Source of the DNA: Thermoanaerobaculia bacterium
GTDB lineage: Bacteria > Acidobacteriota > Thermoanaerobaculia > UBA5066
Assembly (NCBI GenBank): GCA_963719225.1
Contig: CAVRAY010000002.1
Span: 768,001-832,000, forward strand
Direction of reading: 5' to 3'
DNA: 64,000 nucleotides
In this document: piece after piece, positions 17,533 through 27,706 of the stretch
How positions within the stretch are numbered: the stretch's first letter is position 1
Layout: each line of letters begins with the position of its first letter
Notes under the pieces: model-generated
What the model saw: only the letters and a program-made list of their open reading frames with translations
Told to the model about the DNA's origin: nothing
Database searches by the model: none
Position numbers and translations under genes: made by a program

Positions 17533-19482
17533 ATGCGAGCCCGGCTGACCGCCGGGCTCTTGCTTTTGGTCTCCCTGGGCGTCCAGGCCGCGCTCCTCTT
17601 CTCGTCCCGGATCCCGTGGAGCTCCGACCAGGCGGTCGTCGGGCTCATGGCGCGCCACATCCTCGAGGGGCGCGGCCATCCCGTCTTCTACTACGGCGCG
17701 ACGTACGCGGGCTCGCTGGAGGCGCACGGCGTCGCCGCCGTTTTTGCCCTCCTCGGGGCGACACGCGCCGCGTATTCGGTCGCGATGGTGCTGCTCGCCC
17801 TCGCGATCGTGGCGGGCGCATCTCACGTCGCGCTAAGGGCGTTCGGGTGGCGCGCCGGGCTCGTCGCTCTCGCATATCTCGCGCTTCCGCCCTTCTTCCT
17901 CCTCTACAAGGCGCTCACGTCGGACGGGGCGTACGACTCCGTGGCCCTCGTCGCGATCGGGCACCTCCTGGCTGCGCTCGCGATCGAGGAGCGCTCCGCG
18001 GCGGGAGGCTCCACACTTCTCGCCTTCGCGGCGCTCGGTCTCGCGGCGGGGCTCGGCCTCTGGGTGACGCCCCTGTGCCTTCCCCTCACCGCGGCCGCCG
18101 TCTTGTGGGTGTGGGTCCGCGGGCTCGCGCGACCCCGATCCCTCCCGCCGTTCGCGGCCGGCGCCGCCCTCGGCGCGCTGCCGTGGATCATCTGGAACGC
18201 GCGGCACGGCTGGGCGAGCCTGCGGGCGGAAGAGGCGGGACACGTCGACCTCGCGGGCCTCCTCGCGAACGCGAAGGGCTTCGTGACCGTTAGTCTTCCG
18301 ATCCTCACGGGCGCCGCCCGCCCGAACCACCTACCCGGCTCGCCTGAGGAGCCGTTCCCGGGCGCGTCCGTCCTCGCGCCGCTCGCGCTTCTTCTCCTCG
18401 TCGCGCCGGTCCTCGGGCGCCTGAGGCGCGACGGGCGGGTCCTGCTCGGCGTCCTCGCCCTGGCCGCGGTCACGGGCGCCGCCCTCCTCTCGCGGCGCGT
18501 CTCTCCGGCCGAGCCGCGCTATTTCATGGCGGCGTACGTGGTCGTGCCCGCCCTCCTCGGGGCCGCCGCGGACTGGTGGCTTGCCACGCGGCGCCGGACG
18601 CTCGCCGCGCTCGCCGCCGGTCTGCTCCTCGTCGTCACGCACGTCGGGGGCTACGCGCGCGCGACCGTCCACGGGCCCGTCGTGGATGACGCCCAGGTCA
18701 CGGGCCCGCTCGACGCCCTCATCGGCGCGCTGCGGCGTCTCGGCGTGCGACGCGTCTGGGCGAGCTACTGGATCTCCTACCGTCTCGCCTTCGAGACCGG
18801 CGAGTCGATCCTCGCGTCGCCTCTCGGGGCCGAGGACGTCGTGCGCATCCCCTCGTACGCGGCCGCCGTGAAGGCGGCGTCCGACGCGGCCGTCGTGACG
18901 CTTCCTCCGCGGACCGCCTGCTTCGCGGGCTGGCTCGACGAGCGCGGCGTGCCCGCGGTCCGCACGACGGCGGGCGCGTTCACGATCTTCTCGTCCCTGC
19001 CCGTTTCCGTTCTCACGACCCTCGACGCCGGCGAGAGCCTTCCACTCCCCGCGAGCGCGGAGCGGGTCGCGTGGCGTCTCCTCGGGGCCTCGCGGGCGGC
19101 GGACGGACGATCACTGACGCTCGACGCCGAGCTTCGCAACACGGGGCCGTGCCTCTTCACGCACGCGGTCTCGATCGCGTCCTCCTCCGCAGCCGCCGGC
19201 GGAGAGTGGTCCGGGGATGCGGACACGCACCAGCCGAACGCGCGCCTCGCGCCGGGCGAGACCGTACGCGTCAGGGTCACGGTGCCGTTGCCCGACGAGA
19301 AGCGCGGCGCCCGCGTTCGCCTTCGGCTCGAGCATCGGGCGACCGGCCTTTTCCCGGGCGATGGAGCCCCGCTCGTCGTCGCGGCGGACGGCGCGGACGT
19401 CAGTCCCGGAAGGCCGGAAGGAGACGGGCCAGGACAGGCCCCGGTAGCAGCCGCCACGGCGCCGCGCGCGGCCGGCCGATGA
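17533..19482 (+). CDS. GT-C (ArnT/PMT-like) membrane glycosyltransferase with C-terminal Ig-like domain
   Basis: SDQAVVGLMARHILEG..PVFYYGATYAGSLEA loop after TM1, many TMs, EPRY, ASYWISYRLAF; C-terminal LRNTG...LAPGETVRVRVTV. Confidence 0.72.
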   Translation: MRARLTAGLLLLVSLGVQAALLFSSRIPWSSDQAVVGLMARHILEGRGHPVFYYGATYAGSLEAHGVAAVFALLGATRAAYSVAMVLLALAIVAGASHVALRAFGWRAGLVALAYLALPPFFLLYKALTSDGAYDSVALVAIGHLLAALAIEERSAAGGSTLLAFAALGLAAGLGLWVTPLCLPLTAAAVLWVWVRGLARPRSLPPFAAGAALGALPWIIWNARHGWASLRAEEAGHVDLAGLLANAKGFVTVSLPILTGAARPNHLPGSPEEPFPGASVLAPLALLLLVAPVLGRLRRDGRVLLGVLALAAVTGAALLSRRVSPAEPRYFMAAYVVVPALLGAAADWWLATRRRTLAALAAGLLLVVTHVGGYARATVHGPVVDDAQVTGPLDALIGALRRLGVRRVWASYWISYRLAFETGESILASPLGAEDVVRIPSYAAAVKAASDAAVVTLPPRTACFAGWLDERGVPAVRTTAGAFTIFSSLPVSVLTTLDAGESLPLPASAERVAWRLLGASRAADGRSLTLDAELRNTGPCLFTHAVSIASSSAAAGGEWSGDADTHQPNARLAPGETVRVRVTVPLPDEKRGARVRLRLEHRATGLFPGDGAPLVVAADGADVSPGRPEGDGPGQAPVAAATAPRAAGR

Positions 19483-21085
19483 GCCTTTCGGGCGCGTAGC
19501 CGTCGGCCCGGATCGTCAACGGCGCGCCCTCGTCCCCGCGCCGTACGAGGCGGTAGCGCCCCTCCAGCGTGTGGAACGCGGCAACGACGAGGTCCTCGTA
19601 GCGCACGACGTGGCCGGGGCACGTCCCGGCGTCGAAGCAGGGCTTCTCGGCGTCCACCCAGCAGCGCAGGCCCTGATCCTCGACCTTGCACCCGCCCGGG
19701 GCCCCGGGCGTCCAGCGATAGGTGTTCATCGCGAGGTCCGGCGTGTCGTCGTAGAGGAGCCGGACCCACGCCCGCATGATGTAGTCCGCCTTCGTCGCGT
19801 GCCACCCGGGGTCCTCCGGCATGAAGAGGACCAGGCTCGCACCGGGTCGCACGGAAGGAACGGCCTCGAGGAGAGACGAGAGCTCGCGGCGGTGGTCCCG
19901 CCACGAGGACAGGTAGTAGTCCTGCCGCTCGACGGACCCCGCCGCACCGAATCCGACGAATACGGCCGCGAGGGCCCAGCCGAAGACGACGAACCGGCTC
20001 CTCACGAGGGCGTCGACCGCGACCCCGAGCCCCGCGGACACGAACACGCGCGACAGGAGGTGTGTCCGGTAGAACGTGTCGGAGAAGTGGACAGACGCGA
20101 AAGCAACGTTCGACGCGGCGCCCATCGCGACCAGGACGCCGAGCGACGCGAGCGCCCGCCAGCCCGCGCCGCCGCGCGGGGACGCGCCGGAGAGGTGCCG
20201 GGCCCGGGCGAAATAAAGGACCAGACAGACGGCCGCGACCGCGATCCAGAGCACGACGGGCACGACGGGGCGGCGGCGTGCCGAACTCCGGCCGATCGAG
20301 GGACCACTGCCACGGCAGGACGTTGTTCAGGAGGAGGATCAGGGCGCGGAACGCGTGCTGGGCGGGCGTCAGGTGCAAGTTCGCCGCCGCGGCATAGCTC
20401 ACCGGACTCAGCATGAATCGCGTGAACGTGACGACGTACGGCAGGATGGCGAGTCCGCTGGCCGCGAAAACGACGAATCGCCGCGGCCACGTGCCCGGCG
20501 CGACGACGAAGAGGATCGGGACGAGGACGAGCGCCGGCGCGGCGACGTCGATCGTGTACACGCTCACAAGGAGGCTCGCGAGCGCGCCCGCGAGGACGAG
20601 GCCGGAACCGCCGTCGAGGAACCGGAGGGTCCCGACGAGGAACAGCACGAGGCCGAGGACGGCGAGGTCGTACTCGGCGGCGACGAGGCTCGTCGTGAGG
20701 AAGTCGCTCGATGCGCAGATCGTGAGCGCACCGGCCGAGAACGCCGCGAGGGGACGGCCGGGGAAAAGCGTCCTCACGAGCGCGGCCGCCGCGACGCCGA
20801 TCCCGAGCCATGTCAGGAGGTGGATCACGTGCAGGGCCTCGACGCGATACCCGGTCAGCTCGGCCAGGAGGGACGGCGCCCCGAGAAGGAGACGCGTCGG
20901 CGCTCCCATCGGATGGACGAGAGCAGCGAGGAGCCCGAGGCGCGCGCGCGTGTCGTGCGCGAGCGCGAGGATGTTCGCGTCGTCCTGCCAGAACCCGCAG
21001 TCGAAGGCGAACAGCCCCTGGACGAGGAGCGTCAAGGCCGCAAAGCCGACGAGGTCCCTCCGCGACGGGTCCGAACCCTTAACAT
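19400..21085 (-). CDS. GT-C-like multi-TM protein (frameshifted, start uncertain)
   Basis: GFWQDD loop after TM1, ~10 TMs across ORFs 18777..21224 and 19400..20263, soluble C-terminal region. Confidence 0.6.
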
Positions 21086-21091
21086 CGGCCC

Positions 21092-21576
21092 GTGACGCCG
21101 TTCCGCCGTGCGACGCTCGCCCTGCTTCCGTTCGCGTTCGTTTCATGCGTGCGTGTTCGCTTCGTTCCGGCGCTGCCGGCCGAGGCATTTTCCGCCCGGC
21201 TCTCGATCGTCTCGTCGCCCGCATCGGTGGCGACGGGCGCGCGTTTCACGGTGCCCGTTCTCGTGGAGAACCGCAGCCGGGTCGCGTGGCCTCGCGCCGC
21301 TGGACGTCCGAGGGCCGAATCCTGTCCGCCTCGTACCACTGGAGGACCGGGGACGGCTCGATGGCCGTCCACGACGGACTGAGGACTCCCCTGAGGACCG
21401 CCCTCGGACCCGGGGAGCAGACCCGCGTTTCCCTGGCGGTCGCGGCTCCCTCCCGGCCGGGCGGCTACGTGCTGGAGGTGGATCTCGTCCAGGAAGGCGT
21501 CGCCTGGTTTTCCGACCACGGATCGCCGGTGGCCCGGGCGGCCGTGCGCGTGGAAGATCACTCCGTCACTCCTTGA
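21092..21576 (+). CDS. Putative lipoprotein with one Ig-like domain (frameshift ~21305)
   Basis: Signal with lipobox-like FVSC; FTVPVLVENRS..W; LSASYHW; LGPGEQ.RV.L; PGGYVLEVDLVQEGVAWFS. Confidence 0.65.
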
Positions 21577-23551
21577 CGAAACCTATCCGGAAGACCTCGA
21601 CGGAGAGCTCCCGAGTGTCGCGGGACCCCGCGAGCACGCCGGCGGGGCGCCACGTGGAGCGCGACGCGAGCACGATGAGGACGGGCGTCTCCCGGTACCG
21701 AGTCCAGAATTCCTCCGGGACGGCGAGGTCGTAGGCGCTCCACGCGGATCCCTCGGGGCGGATCGTGCCGAGACGTTCGGGACTCCCGCCCGCATCGTCC
21801 TCGAGGGAAACGTCGATCACCGGTACGGGCACGGGCGGCCGCGCCGCCGCAAGCGCGTCGACCGGGCACGCGAACTCGACCCTCAGTTTCGGCGCGGCGA
21901 GAACGGCACGGACGACGCCGCGCGTTCCCATCCACCGTGTCGGCTGCGACCACGCGTAAAAGCCGGAGACGACGTCCGCGTCCTGCGCGGAGATCACGAA
22001 GTCCACGATGCCCGGGCGATGGAGATCGCGGATCTCGCCGTTCTCGACGGCGAACCAGGGCGTCTCGCCCGTCGCGCGGGCCCAGGCGTCGAAGACCCGG
22101 TTCAGGATCGAGGCGTCGCGCACACCGACCGGCCCGCGGGCGAGGACGAGACGGGGCGTCGGGCGCCGGTTCGAGATCGTGAGGAGAAAGCGTGTCGAGA
22201 TCCGTCCGTTGTGGATCTCGGGGAAGAAGAGGTTCGTGTCGGGGACCGCGAGCGCGGGCGCGTCGGGCGGAAGAGCGCGTGCCGCGTCCGCGAGCATCCC
22301 CGCGAGACGCGTGAGCGTCGCGAGTCGCTTCTCGTGCGCCGCGTAAACGTCCCAGGACACCCTCGAGAGCATCGCTCGGCGGTGGAGGAGCGTCTCCAGC
22401 CCGAGCGCCGCGAACCCGATCGAGACCAACGCGAGGGCGAGCCGGCGATTCGCGCGGAGCCGCTCGCGGATCGTCGCGACGGCTGCGGCGGCGAGGAGCG
22501 CCGCTGGCATGAGCAGCGGAAAGAAGTAACGGTCCCCGTCGAACAGCTCCTCGTATGGGTAATTCCATCGCGCGACGCCGACGAGCGCGAGGAAGCCGAT
22601 CCCGGCGGGGAGCGTCGCGAGCGCCGCAACGGCGCCGCGGCGCGAGGCCGGCGTCAGGACGGCGAGGAGGACGGCCGCCGCGGCGAGCACGATGAGGACT
22701 CCGAAAGCCGACTCCATCTTCGGGAACCATTCCGTGACGCCGAGCGGACGCACGACGCTCGGCCCGGGGAAGAGGTAACGGAACGGCGCGGCACACGCGA
22801 GGAATGCGAAGCGCTTCAGCGCCGCGATCGGCTCCGTGTGGAGCGCGACCCCGGTGAGGCGCGTGTAGAAAAGGCGCGTCGCGAACAGCGCGAGTCCGGC
22901 GGCTGAGACGAGGAACGCCTCGAGTCCCGAGACGAGCCGTCGGTCTCCGGTGCGCCGCCTCTCGGCGACGGACAGGAAGAACGGAGCGGAGAGGAGGGGC
23001 ACGAGCGAGTTGTCGCAGGCAAGGGCGAACACGCAGCCGGCGGCGGCGAGCAGGCCCGCGCGCCGGCGCCCGAGCGTGTCCGCGTAGACGATCGCGGCGA
23101 GGGCCCCCGTTACGCCCGCGATCCCGATCGGAACGCAGCCGCCGCTCGGGAACCAGAGCCACATCGAGGAGAAGCCGCAGGGCAGGACGTAGAGGACCCC
23201 GGCGGCGAGGCCCGCGACGTCGTCCCTCAGGAGACGGCGGGCCGCGAGCGCGAGGAAGAGCGCCGAGAGAACGTGCGAGGCGAAGACGAGGAGGCGCAGC
23301 GGCGTCGCGTTCGTCCCGAAGAGAGTCGCGCTCGCGGTCAGGAGGAGGCGCAGAACGGGAACGAAGTGCTCTCCCTGCGGCCTGAAGAGGACCGTCCAGA
23401 ACCCCGCCCGGCCCGCCAGGACGTCGGCGGCGTGGTTGAGGTAGTCGATGTCGTCGTAGGCGTACCCGTTCCCGAACGTCGGCCCGTAGAGGAACACTCC
23501 GACCAGCGCGGCCGACGAGAACGCGAGGAGGCCGAACCGGCGGCTCGTCAC
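21566..23551 (-). CDS. GT-C-fold multi-TM glycosyltransferase with periplasmic C-terminal domain
   Basis: GYAYDDIDY...PQGEHFVPVLRL after TM1; DRYFF; C-terminal RWMG...SRDTRELSVEV. Confidence 0.68.
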   Translation of the reverse strand: MTSRRFGLLAFSSAALVGVFLYGPTFGNGYAYDDIDYLNHAADVLAGRAGFWTVLFRPQGEHFVPVLRLLLTASATLFGTNATPLRLLVFASHVLSALFLALAARRLLRDDVAGLAAGVLYVLPCGFSSMWLWFPSGGCVPIGIAGVTGALAAIVYADTLGRRRAGLLAAAGCVFALACDNSLVPLLSAPFFLSVAERRRTGDRRLVSGLEAFLVSAAGLALFATRLFYTRLTGVALHTEPIAALKRFAFLACAAPFRYLFPGPSVVRPLGVTEWFPKMESAFGVLIVLAAAAVLLAVLTPASRRGAVAALATLPAGIGFLALVGVARWNYPYEELFDGDRYFFPLLMPAALLAAAAVATIRERLRANRRLALALVSIGFAALGLETLLHRRAMLSRVSWDVYAAHEKRLATLTRLAGMLADAARALPPDAPALAVPDTNLFFPEIHNGRISTRFLLTISNRRPTPRLVLARGPVGVRDASILNRVFDAWARATGETPWFAVENGEIRDLHRPGIVDFVISAQDADVVSGFYAWSQPTRWMGTRGVVRAVLAAPKLRVEFACPVDALAAARPPVPVPVIDVSLEDDAGGSPERLGTIRPEGSAWSAYDLAVPEEFWTRYRETPVLIVLASRSTWRPAGVLAGSRDTRELSVEVFRIGFVKE

Positions 23552-25314
23552 GTCGGGCTCACGATCCGCACGAGGGCGTTCCGAGGAGACCCGGGAGCGA
23601 CGAGGCCGCTCCGCTCGCCACGCGCGGGCCGGGGCGCGTAGGAGGAGACGTCGAAGGCGGCCACCGCGAGACCGAGGCCGAGGGCGAGCGGAAACGAACG
23701 CAGCGAGATTCGCGCCAGGAGGAGTCCGAGGCACGCCGCCAGCAGAGGGAAGACGAAGAGAAGGGAGCGCGGCGCCGGGCCGGGCCCCGGATCGGCCCCC
23801 GAGGCGACGCAGGACACGAGGGTGAGCGCGCCCGCGAGGCCGAGCGGCGCGAGACCCTGGGCGACGGTGCGGCCGCGCCGGAGCGCTTCCGGGAAGGGGC
23901 GTAACGCGAGGCCGGCGGCGGCGAGGTACAGGGCCGCGAGCGCCAGCGCGGCCGGGCGCCGCCAGGCATCGAACGGCGCGGCGCCGGCCGCCGGGTCGAC
24001 CGCGGCGACGAGTTCAGGGAGCCGGACCGTGGCGAGCCGCTCCAGGGTCACGAAGCGGTCCCCGGAGCGCGCGGCCGGCCCTGTCTCGGTGCCGTGCACG
24101 CCGGTGACGAGCCACGGAGCCGCCCCGAGCGCGAATCCGGCTGCCGCGAACGCGACGGCCCGAACGGCGCCGCGGCCGCCGTGCCGCGGGCGCGCCACGA
24201 GGAGGAAGCCGGGCACGGCGAACGCGAAGGCATCGGCCGAGCTCCAGGCGGCGAGCCCGGCTGCGACGCCGAAAAGAGCCGGCAGCATGGCCGAGCCCTC
24301 GCGTTCGCGCGACTCGGCGGCGACCCAGAGCGCGGCCAGCCCGAGAAGCAGGGCCTCCGGAGGGCCGTCCGGCGGCGAGGTCCCGCGCAGAGGGGACGGC
24401 GAGGGAAACGCGAAGACGAGGAGCGCGAAGCACGCCGCCTGGCGCCCCGCGAGACGCCGGACGAGGAAGAAGAAAACGAGGAGCAAGAGGAGCCACGGGA
24501 GAATCGGCGCCACCGCGGCCGCGCCTCGCGGAACGCTTTCGGACGCGCGAGCGGCGTACGGGGTCGCCCGGAGCGCGACGCCGCCCGCGAGGCCCGCGAG
24601 CGCGAACAGGCTCCACCCGTCCCAGCGCGAGGAGAGGAGCGCGAGGTAGCTCCCGCTCGTCGTGAGGATGTGCATCTTCGAGACGCCGTGAACGCGTACC
24701 GTGAAGCGGATCGGCACCTCGACGATCGTGTGTCCCTTCCGGGTCGCGTTGATGAGGAGTTCCGGCAGGAACGCGAAGTTGTCGTTGCGGAACGCGAGGC
24801 CGCGGAGCACCCCGGCGCGGTAGACGCGGAAGCCCGACGTCTTGTCGCGCGTCTCGAGGTTCCAGAGGAAGCGCATTGCGGCGTTCATCGAGGTGCTCAG
24901 GACCCTCTTCCAGAGCGGGATGCCGATCACGGAGCTCCCGTGAACGAAGCGCGAGCCGACGACGATGTCCGCGCCGGACCTCTCGAGCGCCGCGAGGAGC
25001 TCCGGGATCTCTTCGGGCTGGTGGTTGAGGTCGGCGTCCATCGTGACGACGACGTCCGCGTCGGCGCGGACGGCCGCGAAGCCCCGCCGGAAGGCCGCGC
25101 CGAGACCGGAGGGCTCCGCGCGGTAGAGGACCTTCACGCGGGGAACCTTCCGGGCCACCTCCTCGAGCGCCTCGCGCGTTCCGTCCGTCCCCTCGACGAC
25201 GTAGAGGAGCTCCCAGTCAACGCCGAGGCCGTCGAGCGTCCGCCGGAGCCGCTCCGTCAGCGGGCCCACGTTCCCGCGCTCGTTGTAGGCGGCGATGACG
25301 ACGGAGACCTTCAT
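23548..25314 (-). CDS. DPM1-like polyprenyl-phosphate glycosyltransferase (GT2) fused to a membrane domain
   Basis: VVIAAYNE, GLGAA, TMDADLNHQP, GSRF, DKTSGFRVYR, EVPIRF..R.HG.SK; hydrophobic C-terminal half. Confidence 0.85.
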   Translation of the reverse strand: MKVSVVIAAYNERGNVGPLTERLRRTLDGLGVDWELLYVVEGTDGTREALEEVARKVPRVKVLYRAEPSGLGAAFRRGFAAVRADADVVVTMDADLNHQPEEIPELLAALERSGADIVVGSRFVHGSSVIGIPLWKRVLSTSMNAAMRFLWNLETRDKTSGFRVYRAGVLRGLAFRNDNFAFLPELLINATRKGHTIVEVPIRFTVRVHGVSKMHILTTSGSYLALLSSRWDGWSLFALAGLAGGVALRATPYAARASESVPRGAAAVAPILPWLLLLLVFFFLVRRLAGRQAACFALLVFAFPSPSPLRGTSPPDGPPEALLLGLAALWVAAESREREGSAMLPALFGVAAGLAAWSSADAFAFAVPGFLLVARPRHGGRGAVRAVAFAAAGFALGAAPWLVTGVHGTETGPAARSGDRFVTLERLATVRLPELVAAVDPAAGAAPFDAWRRPAALALAALYLAAAGLALRPFPEALRRGRTVAQGLAPLGLAGALTLVSCVASGADPGPGPAPRSLLFVFPLLAACLGLLLARISLRSFPLALGLGLAVAAFDVSSYAPRPARGERSGLVAPGSPRNALVRIVSPT

Positions 25315-26000
25315 CTCGGCTTGCGGGCGACGACGACGAGGTGGATGAAGAGGTCCCGCGGCCCGAAGGACAGCGTGACGGGCTCGAGTCCCGTCCCCTC
25401 GAGCATCGCGGCCGCGTGCGCGCGCGAGCGGAGCCGGTTGACCTCGTCCGGGAAGAACCGGAACGGCGCGCCGGGCCGCGACCTCAGCGCCTCGACGGGT
25501 GCGAGAACGAGCCTCGAGCTCCCGAATTCCGGCGGCCAGAAGAGGAGCGCGACCCCGCCCGGCCGCAGGACGCGCGCGAACTCGGCAAGCAGGGTGCGGC
25601 CCTCCTCCGGCGCGAAGTGCTCCATGACGCCGAGATTCCAGAGTCCGGCGACGGAGCCGTCCCGGAACGGCAGGCGGAAGAGATCGCCCTGAAGGAGGCC
25701 TCGGAAGACGGGCACGCGGCGCGCGGCCACCACGGCGAGCCGCGAGATGTCCATCGCGACGAGCGTCCGCCCCCGGGGGTCGATCCGCGACGACGACTCG
25801 GCGGTTCCGCAGCCCGCCTCGACGAGGACCCCGTCCTCCGGAAAGTGCGCGTCCGCGAACGCGCGGACGGCGCGGCTCAGGAGCTCCGTGCGGACGAGGG
25901 AGGCGATCCGGCCGAACAGCGAGTTCCGCCCGCTGAGAGCGGCCCAGTGGTCGTTCCAGACGCGCGCGTCGTCGCGCGAGGCGCCGTCAGGTGCGGGCAT
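25311..26000 (-). CDS. Class I SAM-dependent methyltransferase
   Basis: LVEAGCGTA, GDLFRLPF.DGS, GVMEHF, RVLRPGG. Confidence 0.85.
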   Translation of the reverse strand: MPAPDGASRDDARVWNDHWAALSGRNSLFGRIASLVRTELLSRAVRAFADAHFPEDGVLVEAGCGTAESSSRIDPRGRTLVAMDISRLAVVAARRVPVFRGLLQGDLFRLPFRDGSVAGLWNLGVMEHFAPEEGRTLLAEFARVLRPGGVALLFWPPEFGSSRLVLAPVEALRSRPGAPFRFFPDEVNRLRSRAHAAAMLEGTGLEPVTLSFGPRDLFIHLVVVARKPR

Positions 26001-26955
26001 CCGGGCCCTCGGCGCCTCCGCTTCCCCCCGGCACGCGCGCCTCGACGACGTACCGCGGGCGTCGGCGCGTCTCGTCGAGGTTGCGCCACAGGTATTCGCC
26101 GATCATCCCCATGACGAGCAGCTGCGCGCCCGACACGACGAGCAGCACGATCATGAGAGAGGCCCAGCCCTGCACCTTCAAGTCGAAGGCGAAGTGGGCG
26201 AAGACGATGAAAAGCGCGTACAGGAGCCCGGCGACCGAGACGAAAAGGCCGAGGAGAGAGGCCGCCCGGATCGGGACGTACGAGAACGCGACGAACGAGT
26301 CGATGAAATACTTGACCTTGCGGCCGAAGCCCCACATCGACTTCCCGTACCGCGCGTCGCGCGCGAGGCGGCGGAACGGGACGACCGCGGGGTCGAAGCC
26401 GAGCCAGAGGACGAGCCCCATGAGGTAGGCGTTGCTCTCCTGGATCCCGAGGAGGAGGTCTCGCACGGTGCGGTCGACGACGAAGAAGTCGAACCCGCCC
26501 TCCGGCATCGTCGCGATCGCGTACCGGCGGAACAGGCGGTAGAAAATGCTGGCGAGAAACGCGGTCGCGGGTGGGTCGTCGCGCCCCTCGCGCGCCGCGA
26601 GGACGACCCTCTTTCCGCCGCGCCAGAGCGCGAGCATCGCGTCGAGCGTCTCGGGAGGGTCTTGCAGGTCGGCGGAGATCGTCGCGACGGCGTCCCCGTC
26701 CGCTTCCGCGAGCCCCGCGAGAAGCGCCGCGTTCGAGCCGAAGTTGCGCGAGAGCTTCACGGCCGTGACGCGCGGCTCGGTCGCGGCAAGCGCGAGGAGG
26801 ACCGCGAAGGACTCGTCCTTCGAGCCGTCGTCCACGAACACGAACCGGAACGCGTCGAGAGGGTGCCGGCCCGCGAGCGCCTGCAGGCGCGCGAGGAGGT
26901 CGGGCAGGCTCGCGGCGTTGTGGAAGACGGGAACGACGACCGAGATTCTGCTCAT
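25987..26955 (-). CDS. GT2 undecaprenyl-phosphate glycosyltransferase (ArnC/GtrB/YkoT-like)
   Basis: VVVPVFHN, VDDGSKD, LSRNFGS, SADLQDPP, two C-terminal TMs, GEYLWR...RPRY. Confidence 0.9.
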   Translation of the reverse strand: MSRISVVVPVFHNAASLPDLLARLQALAGRHPLDAFRFVFVDDGSKDESFAVLLALAATEPRVTAVKLSRNFGSNAALLAGLAEADGDAVATISADLQDPPETLDAMLALWRGGKRVVLAAREGRDDPPATAFLASIFYRLFRRYAIATMPEGGFDFFVVDRTVRDLLLGIQESNAYLMGLVLWLGFDPAVVPFRRLARDARYGKSMWGFGRKVKYFIDSFVAFSYVPIRAASLLGLFVSVAGLLYALFIVFAHFAFDLKVQGWASLMIVLLVVSGAQLLVMGMIGEYLWRNLDETRRRPRYVVEARVPGGSGGAEGPDART

Positions 26956-27695
26956 GCGAAATGGCGGAGGACGGCCGCCCGGTCCTCCGCCGAGACCTCC
27001 CGGACGGCTCGCGCGGGGATCCCGGCGACGACCGACCAGTCGGGGACGTCGTGCGTGACGACGGCGCCGGCCGCGACGATCGCGCCGACGCCGACCGTGA
27101 TTCCGGCCGCGAGGTTCGCGCCGGTCCCGACGAGGGCGAACCGGCGGATCCGCGGGCCGCGCGCCTCCCATGGGGCGAGACCGAATCGTCGCAGGTAGAC
27201 CTCGTTGTCGTTCACGGTCAGGACGCCGGGACCGATGAAGACGTCCTCCTCGATCTCCATGTTTCCCGTCAGGATCGCGCCGTCGATGACGCGCGTCCGC
27301 GCGCCGATCGTCGTGTCGTACATGACGAGGACGCCGCGCCCGAGGACGACGTCCTCGCCGATGCGGCAGCCTTCGCGCACGGAGGCGAGGTCGCCGACCA
27401 TCGCCCGCGCGCCGAACGTCGACCCGGTGTAGAGAACGGCGTTCGCGCCGACGACGCAGCGCGCGCCGAGAACGAGCGCCCCGGGCGCGGCCGGGACGGG
27501 CCGCGTCGTGTTCCCGGTCGTCATCGGCGGGCGGCCGAGAACGGCGCCGTCGTGGATCGTCGAGCCGTCCCCGACGGACACGTCCGCGTGGATCGTCACG
27601 TGGCGGCCCAGCGAGACCCCGACGCCGAGACGTGCCTCAGGCGAAACCGCGGCGTCGCCGGCCGGCGTCGGGATCGCCTCGGGACGTGTCGTCAT
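26952..27695 (-). CDS. Hexapeptide-repeat (LbH) sugar acyltransferase
   Basis: Hexapeptide repeats, EDVFIGPGV...ND, GAVVTHDVP..SVVAGIPAR. Confidence 0.85.
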   Translation of the reverse strand: MTTRPEAIPTPAGDAAVSPEARLGVGVSLGRHVTIHADVSVGDGSTIHDGAVLGRPPMTTGNTTRPVPAAPGALVLGARCVVGANAVLYTGSTFGARAMVGDLASVREGCRIGEDVVLGRGVLVMYDTTIGARTRVIDGAILTGNMEIEEDVFIGPGVLTVNDNEVYLRRFGLAPWEARGPRIRRFALVGTGANLAAGITVGVGAIVAAGAVVTHDVPDWSVVAGIPARAVREVSAEDRAAVLRHFA

Positions 27696-27706
27696 CGTCG
27701 TCAACC

